Shown in pieces: positions 19,689 through 29,360 of a stretch of DNA of 64,000 bases. How positions within the stretch are numbered: position 1 is the stretch's first letter; each line of letters opens with the position of its first letter. Origin of the DNA: an uncultured Gemmatimonadaceae bacterium (GTDB lineage Bacteria; Gemmatimonadota; Gemmatimonadetes; Gemmatimonadales; Gemmatimonadaceae); assembly GCA_963761305.1 (NCBI GenBank), contig CAVXGK010000002.1:320001-384000 (forward strand), given 5' to 3'. Below the pieces are notes generated by a model. It was given only the letters and a program-made list of their open reading frames with translations, had not been told where the DNA came from and ran no database searches. A program made the position numbers and the translations under genes.

Positions 19689-20540
19689 ATGTCTCCCTCG
19701 TTCCTTTCCAACGGCCGCTCGATGACGTCTTTCTTTCCCCGTTGCGGAGTGCTCGCTGCACTCGGCGTGACGCTCGCGTCGCCTGCCGTCGTCGCTCAGC
19801 GACCCGGCGGTTTGCCCACCGAGCCGGCAAGCACTCTCGCCAGCCGCCCACTCGGCACGATCGATGGCATCGTGAGCGACACGGGCCTGGCCCCGCTGCA
19901 AGGCGCGTTCATCACGGTGTTCGGCAGCAACCTCCGCGTCGGCACCGGTCCGAACGGACGCTTCCGCATCACGAAGATTCCCGTGGGGCAGTATCTCCTC
20001 ATGGTGAAGCGCGTCGGATTCCGCCCGGCGTCGGCCATCATCCAGGTGGCGGAGACGGACACGCTTCGGCTGTCATATACGCTGGAGCCGATCTCGCCCG
20101 AACAGCTGAAGGCCGTCGTCGTCACCGAGAAGGCTCCGTCGGTTCGCATGTCGGAGTTCGAACAGCGCCGAAAGCTGGGGCAGGGCGAGTTCATGACGGC
20201 CGACGAAATCAAGCAGCGCAACTCGGTGTTCCCGACGGAGCTGTTCCGCAAGTTCAAAGCGGTGAACGTGACGCAGGACAACTCGAGTCCGATCACGCAG
20301 TACTACGCGATCAGCGCGCGAGAGGGCGGCAATCCGCAGCTCGGTGCCTGCCCAATGCAGGTATACCTCGATCAGGTACCGCTGCCGAGCCCGTTCAACT
20401 TGGATCTGCTGCCGGCGCCGCGCGACATTGGAGCCATCGAGGTCTACGCCGGTGCGTCCACGACTCCGTTGCAGTTCGCCGGCTACGATCGCGGCTGCGG
20501 CGTCATTCTGGTGTGGACGAAGGACACTAGCGTTTTCTAG
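19689..20540 (+). CDS. Secreted carboxypeptidase-regulatory-like domain + TonB plug-like domain protein (no beta-barrel)
   Basis: GTIDGIVSD..PLQGA..TGPNGRFRI domain; C-terminal CPMQVYLD..IGAIEVY..CGVILVWTK plug-like end. Confidence 0.72.
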   Translation: MSPSFLSNGRSMTSFFPRCGVLAALGVTLASPAVVAQRPGGLPTEPASTLASRPLGTIDGIVSDTGLAPLQGAFITVFGSNLRVGTGPNGRFRITKIPVGQYLLMVKRVGFRPASAIIQVAETDTLRLSYTLEPISPEQLKAVVVTEKAPSVRMSEFEQRRKLGQGEFMTADEIKQRNSVFPTELFRKFKAVNVTQDNSSPITQYYAISAREGGNPQLGACPMQVYLDQVPLPSPFNLDLLPAPRDIGAIEVYAGASTTPLQFAGYDRGCGVILVWTKDTSVF

Positions 20541-20603
20541 GTGGAGCGGTGGACCCGTAGACGGTAAACCGCGACAGCTGAACGAGGGAACGGGGGCACT
20601 CGG

Positions 20604-23084
20604 ATGCGCGTCTGCCGACAACTGATGTCCGCGGCGTGCACGGTGCTCTTCGCGCTTTCCGGCGCGTCTCTGCGTGCGCAGGTGATTCGCGGGAGCGTGG
20701 TGCTCCCCGACAGCGTCACGCCGCTCGCGGGAGCGATCGTCGTCGCAAGCGATTCGCGGCGCGGCGCGGCAGACGCGGCGCGAGCGTTGGCGAACGCGCG
20801 CGGTGAGTTCGTGATGAGAGTGCCGGCGCCCGGGCGGTACGCCACGCGCGTGCTGCGCATCGGTTTTCGCCCGACGATGGGACCCGTGGTGGACGTCGGC
20901 GCGAACGATACGGTGCGCGTGCGCATCGTCTCTCGCGGCGAAGCCATCGTGCTCTCGGCCGTGAACGTGCGCGACAAGGAGACCTGCCGCGTCGGCGCCG
21001 ACTCGGGTATGATGGTGGCGCGCGTTTGGGACGAGGCGCGCAAAGCGATGCTCAGCTCGCAACTGTCGTCGGACGACGTGCCGCTCGTCGCCGATTGGAT
21101 CGAGTACGATCGCATGCTCGATTCGTCCGGGCACATCGTGCGGTCGCAACGCGTGAAGTCGGCCACCAATCCGACCACGCATGCCTTCCGCAGTCTGCCG
21201 GCCGGTCAGTTGGCGGACAAGGGCTACGTCGTGTCGGACAACACCGGCACCACGTACTACGCGCCCGACGCCGACGTGCTGCTCTCCGATTCGTTCGCGT
21301 CGACGCACTGCTTTCATCTGCAAGCCGCGCCCGGCGACGATCATCTGATCGGCGTGGCGTTCTCGCCGGCGCGCAGCCGCCGCGACGCGCTCGACATCGA
21401 AGGCGTGTTGTGGGTCGACCGGACGACCGCCGAGTTGGAGACGCTGGAGTTCGAGTACACGAACCTTCCCGACCTCGTGCATCCGGCGCATCCGGGGGGA
21501 CGCGTCGAGTTCCTGCGGCTGAGCGACGGCAACTGGCTCGTGAGCCGGTGGAGCGTCCGAATGCCTCGTGTGGAAGCGCGCGACAGGTCGCCGGGCACGG
21601 GCATGCGCCGCGTGATTCAGTCGGCGAGCTCGCAAGCGCTCGGCGGCGTACAGGTCACCGGTGGGGAAGTGAACCGCGTCATGCGACACGACACGCTCGT
21701 CTATCGCCAGACGGGCCCGCGCATTTCCGTTCAGGTGTTCGCGCGCGATTCGCTCATACGTCCGTCGCGCGCGCGGCTCACGCTCGAGGGGACGGACTAC
21801 GCCGCCACCGCCGACGACCAGGGGCGCATCGAGCTGACGCCGGTGCTCGGTGGTCGCTATCGCGGGCGCGTGTCGACGGCGTTCATGGATTCGCTCGGCA
21901 TGGCGCCGGTCGAGCACGAGATCGAGGCGACGAGCGGCGCGCACGTGGACTCTGTCTCACTTCCGAGCGCGCACGACGCGCTGTCCGCCGCATGTCCGCG
22001 CGATTCGATCCGCAACGGTGAAGGCATGCTGTACGGCCGCGTGCGTGACGAACGGGAGAGACCGATGTCCGGCGTGTCGGTGACGATCACGTGGCAAACC
22101 GATTTTGCGTTCGTCGCTGGCGGCGGCTCCGATGCGCTGGCGCACCGCGAGCACACACTCGGAGCGTTGAGCGACCACGCCGGCAACTGGCGCTTGTGCG
22201 GCGTGCCCCGCGACCAGGAGGTGGTCGTGCGCGCGGCGACCGACTCCGGTTCCGACGTGCAGAAGACCCGGCTCGATCGCGAGCAGGATTTCGCTGGTGT
22301 CGACCTCGTGCTGCACGAGCAGGCGTCGAGCGCGGCGCGCGAGGCGTCGCTGCTGAGCGGCGTGCCGGCGCGCACGACGGCGTCAGTCGAGATCGACGTC
22401 ACGCGACTCGGTGGCGACCCGCTGCCGGAGACAAGCCTCGAGGTCGTGTCGGGCGGGCACACGCGCCAAGCGGTGACGGGACCGACCGGCCGCGCACTGC
22501 TGCCGGAGGTCGAGCCGGGGAACGTGGTGGTGCGCGCGCGGCACATCGGCTACACGCCGGGCGAAGTGACGATGGACGTCGTGGCGGGAAGGAACTTGAT
22601 TCCCATCCTGATGAGCACCGTGACCCTCCCCATGCTCGACACGATGCGTGTGACGGCGCAATCGCGAACGGCGCGCGTCGGCCGCCACTTCGAGTTCGAG
22701 GAGCGGCTTCGCATGCACGCGGCGAACGCCGCATTCACCAAGGAAGAGATCGACAAGCGCGGGCCGGTCGACATCTGGCAAATGCTGATGAACGTGCCGG
22801 GCGTGAAGATCGTGGACAGCGGAATGGTGACCGCCGAGTCGACGAGAGGCATGAGGGTGACGCCGCAACTCACGCTCGTGCCGTGCTACTTCAGGATTTT
22901 CGTCGACGGGATGGAAATGAAGCCGGTGCGCCCTCAAGATGCCGCTGTCGACCTGCGGCTGCTCCCCAAGCCGAACGAGGTCCATGGCATTGAAGTCTTC
23001 GACGGTCCGGCGCGGATCCCGTTGCAGTACAGCGGCGCGCGGGACGACACCTGGTGCGGAATGATCATGATCTGGACCAGATAG
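20604..23084 (+). CDS. Secreted multi carboxypeptidase-regulatory-like domain protein with C-terminal TonB plug-like domain
   Basis: Several repeats of the G-x-V..P-L-x-G..T/A-x-x-x-G-x-F/W pattern; ends CYFRIFVDG..VHGIEVF..CGMIMIWTR. Confidence 0.72.
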   Translation: MRVCRQLMSAACTVLFALSGASLRAQVIRGSVVLPDSVTPLAGAIVVASDSRRGAADAARALANARGEFVMRVPAPGRYATRVLRIGFRPTMGPVVDVGANDTVRVRIVSRGEAIVLSAVNVRDKETCRVGADSGMMVARVWDEARKAMLSSQLSSDDVPLVADWIEYDRMLDSSGHIVRSQRVKSATNPTTHAFRSLPAGQLADKGYVVSDNTGTTYYAPDADVLLSDSFASTHCFHLQAAPGDDHLIGVAFSPARSRRDALDIEGVLWVDRTTAELETLEFEYTNLPDLVHPAHPGGRVEFLRLSDGNWLVSRWSVRMPRVEARDRSPGTGMRRVIQSASSQALGGVQVTGGEVNRVMRHDTLVYRQTGPRISVQVFARDSLIRPSRARLTLEGTDYAATADDQGRIELTPVLGGRYRGRVSTAFMDSLGMAPVEHEIEATSGAHVDSVSLPSAHDALSAACPRDSIRNGEGMLYGRVRDERERPMSGVSVTITWQTDFAFVAGGGSDALAHREHTLGALSDHAGNWRLCGVPRDQEVVVRAATDSGSDVQKTRLDREQDFAGVDLVLHEQASSAAREASLLSGVPARTTASVEIDVTRLGGDPLPETSLEVVSGGHTRQAVTGPTGRALLPEVEPGNVVVRARHIGYTPGEVTMDVVAGRNLIPILMSTVTLPMLDTMRVTAQSRTARVGRHFEFEERLRMHAANAAFTKEEIDKRGPVDIWQMLMNVPGVKIVDSGMVTAESTRGMRVTPQLTLVPCYFRIFVDGMEMKPVRPQDAAVDLRLLPKPNEVHGIEVFDGPARIPLQYSGARDDTWCGMIMIWTR

Positions 23085-23100
23085 GGCGACCGGCGACGCG

Positions 23101-23139
23101 GAAAAGGCTCGGGCGCCGCCGTGGCACCCGAGCCTTTTC
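23101..23139. terminator. Bidirectional intrinsic terminator between convergent genes
   Basis: GAAAAGGCTCGGG...CCCGAGCCTTTTC perfect 13-bp arms with A and T tracts. Confidence 0.8.
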
Positions 23140-23161
23140 TGTTGGCAACGCTACTGTCAGC

Positions 23162-24526
23162 TCATGGCAGCGGGAATTGTCCCTGCACGCCCGAGATCAG
23201 CGTCGCCGCGTTGATGTTCGGATTCGCGAACCGCTCCACGTCCGGCAACGGTAGGCACACCGTGTGGCCGTAGACACCACCGGAGCGGTATGCCGTTCCG
23301 GCGACGGGATTGAGCGGAAGGTTGAATCGCTCGATGTCAAATGCCCGGAAGCCTTCCACGAACAAGACGCGCTGACGCTCTCCGACGATCAGGTTCGTGA
23401 TCGACGCCGCGTCGGTGGCGCCCGTGTACGGCTTGAGGTTCACCGCCGCGCGGAGGGCGTTGACGATGCTCACTGCCTGCGCGCCACCTTGCGCCTCGGC
23501 GAGAATGAGCTGCGCCTCTTCGTAGCGCGCGACGGGCTGCGGAATGCCTTCAGCCGCCGCCGCGGTCGCGGCGTTGAACTTGTTGGGGATGACGATCTGC
23601 GACTTGCCGTCAGCCGGTTTCACGGCGCTAAGCAGCGTGGTCGCCGAGCGCGGATCGACGTCGCCGTTCTCGGTCGTCAGGCTGCGCGTCATGACCTCGA
23701 CCGTCGTGCCGCCGCCCAGTGAGATGATGTTGTACACGTGGTTGAAGCGACGCGACGTCGTCGCGTCGTTCGCGGCGTTGAACACGAATCCCTTGGGAAC
23801 CAGCTGGGCGTCGGCGATCGCGCCAGGCAGGTTGTGCTGGAAGAGACGAACGCGCGCGCGGCCAGCGTACGCCGCGCTGAGCATCGTCGTCTGATTGGAT
23901 GCCGTCGCCGCCGCGATCGCGTCGGTGAATCGCTTCTCGGCGAGCGCGAACATTCCCTTCTGGTCGACGGCGGGCCCGAGGTCAAACGCGGCTTGGCACA
24001 TCGCCATGCCCATCGTGGCGTACGAGAAGCCGGCGTAGACGTCGGCCTCCGCGAGGAGTGTCTGGCGACCGCCGGCGACCTGAGCGTCGGTCCAGCCGTT
24101 CAGTCGATTGATCGCCTGATCCGCCTCGTAACGTGCCGTGGACATCGGCGTGTAAATGCCTTCGGATGCAGTGCAGCCGCCGGTTCCGTAGGATCCGGAA
24201 GTGAACCCGTCGTCGCGGCGATCGAGCTGGAAGTTGGCGGCCGTGATCGTCGCGTCTTGCAGCTCGTCGGTTGCGATACCCTCGGTCGTCACAAAGCCGC
24301 CGAACGCGCATTCGAAGTCGCCGATCGCGCTGTTGACCATCAGCGTGGCGTTGGCTGGATCGTCGAACACGGTCGCCGGCACGCTGTTCGGCGCTTGCAC
24401 CGTCAGCAGGCGCGTGGTGTCACATCCGGCGACCGCCGCCAGCGCGAGAGCGCCGACCACGATCCCGACGCCGATCCGCCCCGAGCTTTTCTTGGTGGAT
24501 TGAATGAGATGTCTCATGGGAATCAT
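23162..24526 (-). CDS. SusD/RagB-family lipoprotein
   Basis: Lipobox VAGC; ARYEEAQLILAEA, ERQRVLFVEGFRAFDIERF, LPLPDVE. Confidence 0.88.
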   Translation of the reverse strand: MIPMRHLIQSTKKSSGRIGVGIVVGALALAAVAGCDTTRLLTVQAPNSVPATVFDDPANATLMVNSAIGDFECAFGGFVTTEGIATDELQDATITAANFQLDRRDDGFTSGSYGTGGCTASEGIYTPMSTARYEADQAINRLNGWTDAQVAGGRQTLLAEADVYAGFSYATMGMAMCQAAFDLGPAVDQKGMFALAEKRFTDAIAAATASNQTTMLSAAYAGRARVRLFQHNLPGAIADAQLVPKGFVFNAANDATTSRRFNHVYNIISLGGGTTVEVMTRSLTTENGDVDPRSATTLLSAVKPADGKSQIVIPNKFNAATAAAAEGIPQPVARYEEAQLILAEAQGGAQAVSIVNALRAAVNLKPYTGATDAASITNLIVGERQRVLFVEGFRAFDIERFNLPLNPVAGTAYRSGGVYGHTVCLPLPDVERFANPNINAATLISGVQGQFPLP

Positions 24527-24529
24527 CTA

Positions 24530-27500
24530 TTAGTAGGCGAGACGGAAGGTCACGAGGAACTGCGCGAGCTGCGGGAACTCGGACTGGTCGAGGGCGTTCC
24601 CGCTGTTCGAGCCGGTGCCATTCGACGCCGCGAGGCTCGCCTCCGGATCGAGACCGGTATAGCGCGTCCAGGTGTGCAGGTTGCGCGCGCTGACCGTGAC
24701 GGCCATCGAGTTCGCGCCGATAAAGCTTGCGACGCGCTCCGAGGCGTCGTACGACACGGACAGCTCGCGGAGCTTGGTGAAGCTGGCCGGCTTGATGAAG
24801 GCACTGCGCAGCGTACCGTTGCCCTGCATCTGCGCCACGATCGCCGGATCGTAGTTCTGCGGAAAGATGGTGTAGAGGCAGTCGGTGTTCAGCTGGCAGT
24901 TGATGCGCAGGTTGTTGTCGAACTTGTTGGCGCCGCGCTCGAAGTCGACCAGCCCATAGAATCGGAAGCGACCCAGGCGGAACGTGTTCGCCCACGATCC
25001 CTCGCCGGTCGGCAGCGAATGGCCGAAGTAGACCTTCGGTGCGACGACAACCCCGGCGGCGTTGAGGCACGGCGCGACGTTCCCGTGGTCGTCCTGGCAC
25101 ATCACGTTGATCGCCTTCTTGGTCGTCGGATCGTACGTCGCGCTGACGACGTTGTACGTGTAGTAGTCGAACGGCGAGCCGCCCACGCGATGCCCCTGCG
25201 GGGGCGCGGTGCCGAGGTCGATGATCGTGTCCCCCGGGGCGCCACTGAACTTGATGATCTTCGCGTGGTTCGTTGCCACGTTGAACTGCATGTCCCAGCC
25301 GTACGCTCGGCGATTGAGGACCTGCGCTTTGACTCCGAGCTCGATGCCGTGCTTGTTGATCTGACCGGCGTTGAAGAACTGGCTGCCGCCGCCGAAGCCC
25401 GCCGACGGCGCCGTCGTCTTCGACAGAATCGCGTCGTGCGAGACGTCGTTATAGAAAGTGAAGTCGACGCCGATGCGCTCGTTGAACAGACCAGCCTCGA
25501 AGCCCGCTTCGGTGCCGAGCACGCGCTCCGGTTTCAAATCGGGATTGCCGACGCTGCCAGTCGTGAGCACCGTCGCCCCATTCGGCCCCGCGACCGGCGA
25601 CAGCGTCTGCAGCGCCGAGTTGACCGCCGGCTGCTGCCCCGAGCCGCCGTACGCGAGACGCAGGCGCAGATTATCGATCGCCGACGGGAGATGGTCGCGC
25701 ACGCGCGGGTCTTCACTGGCCACCCACGAAGCGCTCGCCTTGGGGTACGTCACCCAGCTGGCGTCGCTACCGAACGCGCTGTTGTTGTCCACGCGTAGGG
25801 CGACAGTCAAGAACAGGCGGTCGTTCCACGACGCCTCCTGTTGACCGTAGAACCCGAGCGTGTTGTTGCCCAGGAAGCTCGAGCTCGGCGTTCCCTTGGT
25901 GCCGGCTGCGGAAATGGTGGACAGGCCCGGGGTAGGGAAGTGCGTGCCTGATGCCGCCAACGCGGTCTGCGTGTTGGTGTAGTACTGCGCGCCGAACGTG
26001 CTCTTCGAGACCATCGCCGGCGTCAGGTTGAAGTGCACCGTGCCGGCGTAGTCGTACGTGTTGAGTCGCGTCTGTTGCGTCGTCTCGGAGCGCGATCCGT
26101 CGAAGCCTGTGCCGAGGAAGAACACGATCACCGAATCCGTCTGGTACGGCAGGTACGATTGGATGTCCTCGAGCGCGTAGTCCGTTCCGACGAGCAGCCG
26201 ATGCGACATCCACGGGAACGGGTCCCACTTGGCCGACACGCTGCCGGTGAAGCGCTGCAGGTCCTGCCACGAGTTCGTCGCCATGTAGACTTCCGGCGGG
26301 TTGCTGAACGCACCGCGGGCCAAACCGCAGCCCCGGGGGGCGTTCGTCGTCGGGCAGAATGCCGCGGTCCGCTGCGGCTCGGCGTATTCGCCAGTGAAGA
26401 ACACGCCGCCGCCGCTCCCTTCGGGTGTCACGATCGTGTGGCTCGTGATGTAGCCGACGTTCGTCTCGAGATCGAACTTGTTGTTGGGCACGATCGAGAG
26501 ATTTGTGCGGGCGCTCTTCTGCGTCCGGGCGTTCTGCGTCACGATGCCCGTTTCGTTGTCCCACTGTCCAGCGGCGTAGTACCGATAGAGGCTCGAGCCG
26601 CCACTCACGCTTCCGTCGAAGCCCTGGTTCACGCCGGTCCGGAACAGCTGGTGGCCGGCCGCGGCTTCGCTCTTCACGAAGTTGATCGAATCCAATTGGC
26701 CGGTGTTCGGATTGATCGCGTAGTTGGTCGGCATGCGGCTCGCCGCATCCATGAACCACTGATCTCCGTCGCGCGCCGTGAACGTGTACTTGTTCGAGCC
26801 GGCGGCACCCTTCTTCGTGATGATGTTGATCACGCCGCGCGCTGCTTCAGTTCCATAGAGCGTCGCCGCCGCGGGGCCCTTGAGCACCTCGATGCTCTCG
26901 ATCTGTTCCGGGTCGAAGTCGTCGAAGCGTTGCACGAGTCCCGTCTGACCGTTGTCGGAGCGAATGCCGTCGACATAGATGAGCGGTTGATTGCTCAGCG
27001 AGAACGTGCCGACGCCGCGGACGCGAATGATCGCGCCCGCTCCGACCTGACCGGATCCCGGCAGAACAACGACGCCGGGCGCGCGGCCGTTCAGCAGCGC
27101 GTCGACGCTCGGCACCGATGTTTGCGCCATGACGTCCGCGGCGTTGACCGCCGAGATGGACGTGCCCAGTTCGCGCTTCTCCGCGCCGCCCGCGGTGCCC
27201 GTGACGACGATCTGATTCAACTCGAGGGCGCGTTCGGACATCGAGATCCGAATGTTCGTCGCGCCGACGGGCACCGTGTCGGTGGTGGGACGATATCCGA
27301 TCGCGCGGGCGTCGAGCACGACGCGCTCTCCAGTGACGCCCGTGATGCGGAATTTCCCCGATGCGTCGGACACCGCGCCCTTTCCGACTTGGCCTGCAAC
27401 GGAAATCTGAACGCCCGAGAGCGGGCGCTGCGTGCCTTCAGTGACGGCTGTTCCTTCGATGACTCCTGTCTGCGCTTGCAATGCCGGCGGGGCCATCAAG

Positions 27501-27547
27501 GCCGCCGAGGCGATTGCGAGCGTCAAGATCGTTCGCGCGCCGATCAT
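24530..27547 (-). CDS. SusC/RagA-family TonB-dependent receptor
   Basis: IRVRG, PLIYVDG, IESIEVLKGPAAATLYGTEAARGVINIITKKG, NPDLKPER, KLRELSVSY. Confidence 0.93.
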   Translation of the reverse strand: MIGARTILTLAIASAALMAPPALQAQTGVIEGTAVTEGTQRPLSGVQISVAGQVGKGAVSDASGKFRITGVTGERVVLDARAIGYRPTTDTVPVGATNIRISMSERALELNQIVVTGTAGGAEKRELGTSISAVNAADVMAQTSVPSVDALLNGRAPGVVVLPGSGQVGAGAIIRVRGVGTFSLSNQPLIYVDGIRSDNGQTGLVQRFDDFDPEQIESIEVLKGPAAATLYGTEAARGVINIITKKGAAGSNKYTFTARDGDQWFMDAASRMPTNYAINPNTGQLDSINFVKSEAAAGHQLFRTGVNQGFDGSVSGGSSLYRYYAAGQWDNETGIVTQNARTQKSARTNLSIVPNNKFDLETNVGYITSHTIVTPEGSGGGVFFTGEYAEPQRTAAFCPTTNAPRGCGLARGAFSNPPEVYMATNSWQDLQRFTGSVSAKWDPFPWMSHRLLVGTDYALEDIQSYLPYQTDSVIVFFLGTGFDGSRSETTQQTRLNTYDYAGTVHFNLTPAMVSKSTFGAQYYTNTQTALAASGTHFPTPGLSTISAAGTKGTPSSSFLGNNTLGFYGQQEASWNDRLFLTVALRVDNNSAFGSDASWVTYPKASASWVASEDPRVRDHLPSAIDNLRLRLAYGGSGQQPAVNSALQTLSPVAGPNGATVLTTGSVGNPDLKPERVLGTEAGFEAGLFNERIGVDFTFYNDVSHDAILSKTTAPSAGFGGGSQFFNAGQINKHGIELGVKAQVLNRRAYGWDMQFNVATNHAKIIKFSGAPGDTIIDLGTAPPQGHRVGGSPFDYYTYNVVSATYDPTTKKAINVMCQDDHGNVAPCLNAAGVVVAPKVYFGHSLPTGEGSWANTFRLGRFRFYGLVDFERGANKFDNNLRINCQLNTDCLYTIFPQNYDPAIVAQMQGNGTLRSAFIKPASFTKLRELSVSYDASERVASFIGANSMAVTVSARNLHTWTRYTGLDPEASLAASNGTGSNSGNALDQSEFPQLAQFLVTFRLAY

Positions 27548-27627
27548 GTGTAGTCCTTTGAGACGCGGTCTCGGTGTGTGGGCGAGCCGCAGGAAGGAGG
27601 GGAGTGGGCCCGGGAACGCCGATCGAC

Positions 27628-27676
27628 TGCAACGTTACGAGCGCGTTACCCGTTGCTAGACGAAAACGTTGCAACG
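27628..27676. promoter_or_regulatory. Paired AACGTT-core operator-like sites (LacI/GalR-like)
   Basis: TGCAACGTT (27628-27636) and AACGTTGCA (27665-27673) form an inverted pair in the susC/dacB divergent region. Confidence 0.4.
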
Positions 27677-27737
27677 ACATTCGCTGTCTGAACGCGCGGT
27701 CGCAATCCCCGATCGTCGTACTTTTTTGGAGGATCGA

Positions 27738-29333
27738 GTGCGCTTGACGAATGCAGCGACGTCGCGTCGCGGACGCTCTTCGATAGTTGTCGTGTGCAGC
27801 ATTTTCGCCGCGACTGCGTGCGGTGGCGCCGCTCACGTGGCGACCCGGCCGTCGCCAGGGTCCACACGCCTCGCCAGTCGGGCCGAGTTGCACTCGAGCA
27901 TCGACTCGCTGCTGTCGGACGCGATGTGGCGAAACGCGAACTGGGGAATCCTCGTCGTCGATCCCGCTGCCGGCGATACGCTCTACTCGCGAAGCGCAGG
28001 CAAACTATTTATGCCTGCATCGAACGAAAAACTGCTCACCGGTTCCGCGGCGCTCGCCCAACTCGGCGCCGACTACCGCTTCTCGACGTGGTTCGTATCG
28101 TCGGCGCCGATCGTGAATGGTGTGCTGACGGGAGATCTCGTCGTCGTCGGCCACGGTGATCCGTCGATGAGCGACGCGATGATGGGCGATGCGATGAAGC
28201 CGCTGCGTCTCGTGGCCGACTCGTTGTACGCGCTCGGGATTCGCGAGATCAAGGGCGCCCTCGTGAAAGGCGGGAATGCATTCCCCGACACGACGATCGG
28301 CGCGTGGGACTGGGAGAATCTCGAGACGACGTCGGGCGCCGCTGTCGACGAGTTGTTCTTCAATCAAGGCGTCGCCCGAGTGACGGTGTACGGCGGCGCG
28401 AGCGTCGGTGATCCCGTGCGCATCATCGTCGGACCCGCGCATACCGCACCAACCGTCGTCGCCGACTTCGTTACGGGAGGACCGCCGCCTGTTCCCGAGG
28501 GCGGACGTGGCGGCGCCGCGTTGGGCGGCGGGCGCGGAGGCGGTCGAGGCGGCGCGCGCGCCGGCGCCGTGCGCGCGACGACGGACATGCGCGGCGGGAC
28601 GCCGCTGGTGCATCTGACGGGATGGGTGATGCCGAACGACAGCGCCATCGCGCAGATCGCGATCCGCGATCCGGCGAGCGTGTGGCTCGCGGCATTCGCT
28701 GAGGCGCTGGCCGATCGTGGAATCCGCCTCGACGGCGGCGTCGTGCGCACGCCCGACGCCGTGATCACGGATCAAAAACGCCTCGTCACGCTCTCGTCCC
28801 CGACGCTCGGCGAGATCTTTCCGTATTTTTTCAAGCCGTCGCAGAACCAGATCGGTGAGCTCTTGCTCCACACGCTCGGTCTCGAGCGCGGTGGCGCGGG
28901 AACGTCGGACGCCGGGCGGCGCGTCGTCGAACAGCAACTCGTCGCGTTTGGCGCGGACACGGCGGGCTTCGTCGTGCGCGACGGTAGCGGCTTGTCGCGA
29001 CATGACTACGTTACGCCCGAGACCATCGTGAGGGTTCTCGACGCGATGCGGAAGCGCAGCGACTTCAAGATATTTTACGACGCGATGCCGATCGGCGGCG
29101 TCGACGGAACGATCGCCAATCGCATGAAGGGCACGCCGGCCCAGGGCAACGTGCACGCGAAGACGGGCACGGTGGATCGATCGCACGCGCTTTCCGGTTA
29201 CGTCACGACGGCGGATGGTCGAATGCTGCTGTTCTCCTTCCAGGCGAACAACTATACAGTACCGAACCTACAGGTGGAGCGCGTTCAGGATTGGATCGCG
29301 GCGGCGTTGGCCGGCTCGCCGTTCTTGAAGTGA
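27738..29333 (+). CDS. dacB: D-Ala-D-Ala carboxypeptidase/endopeptidase (S13, PBP4 type), probable lipoprotein
   Basis: PASNEK (SxxK), SQN (SxN), DGSGLSR, AKTGT; GGAGG RBS before GTG 27738; ATAC lipobox-like. Confidence 0.9.
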   Translation: MRLTNAATSRRGRSSIVVVCSIFAATACGGAAHVATRPSPGSTRLASRAELHSSIDSLLSDAMWRNANWGILVVDPAAGDTLYSRSAGKLFMPASNEKLLTGSAALAQLGADYRFSTWFVSSAPIVNGVLTGDLVVVGHGDPSMSDAMMGDAMKPLRLVADSLYALGIREIKGALVKGGNAFPDTTIGAWDWENLETTSGAAVDELFFNQGVARVTVYGGASVGDPVRIIVGPAHTAPTVVADFVTGGPPPVPEGGRGGAALGGGRGGGRGGARAGAVRATTDMRGGTPLVHLTGWVMPNDSAIAQIAIRDPASVWLAAFAEALADRGIRLDGGVVRTPDAVITDQKRLVTLSSPTLGEIFPYFFKPSQNQIGELLLHTLGLERGGAGTSDAGRRVVEQQLVAFGADTAGFVVRDGSGLSRHDYVTPETIVRVLDAMRKRSDFKIFYDAMPIGGVDGTIANRMKGTPAQGNVHAKTGTVDRSHALSGYVTTADGRMLLFSFQANNYTVPNLQVERVQDWIAAALAGSPFLK

Positions 29334-29360
29334 TCGCCACGTGATCGAAACGCCGGCGAC

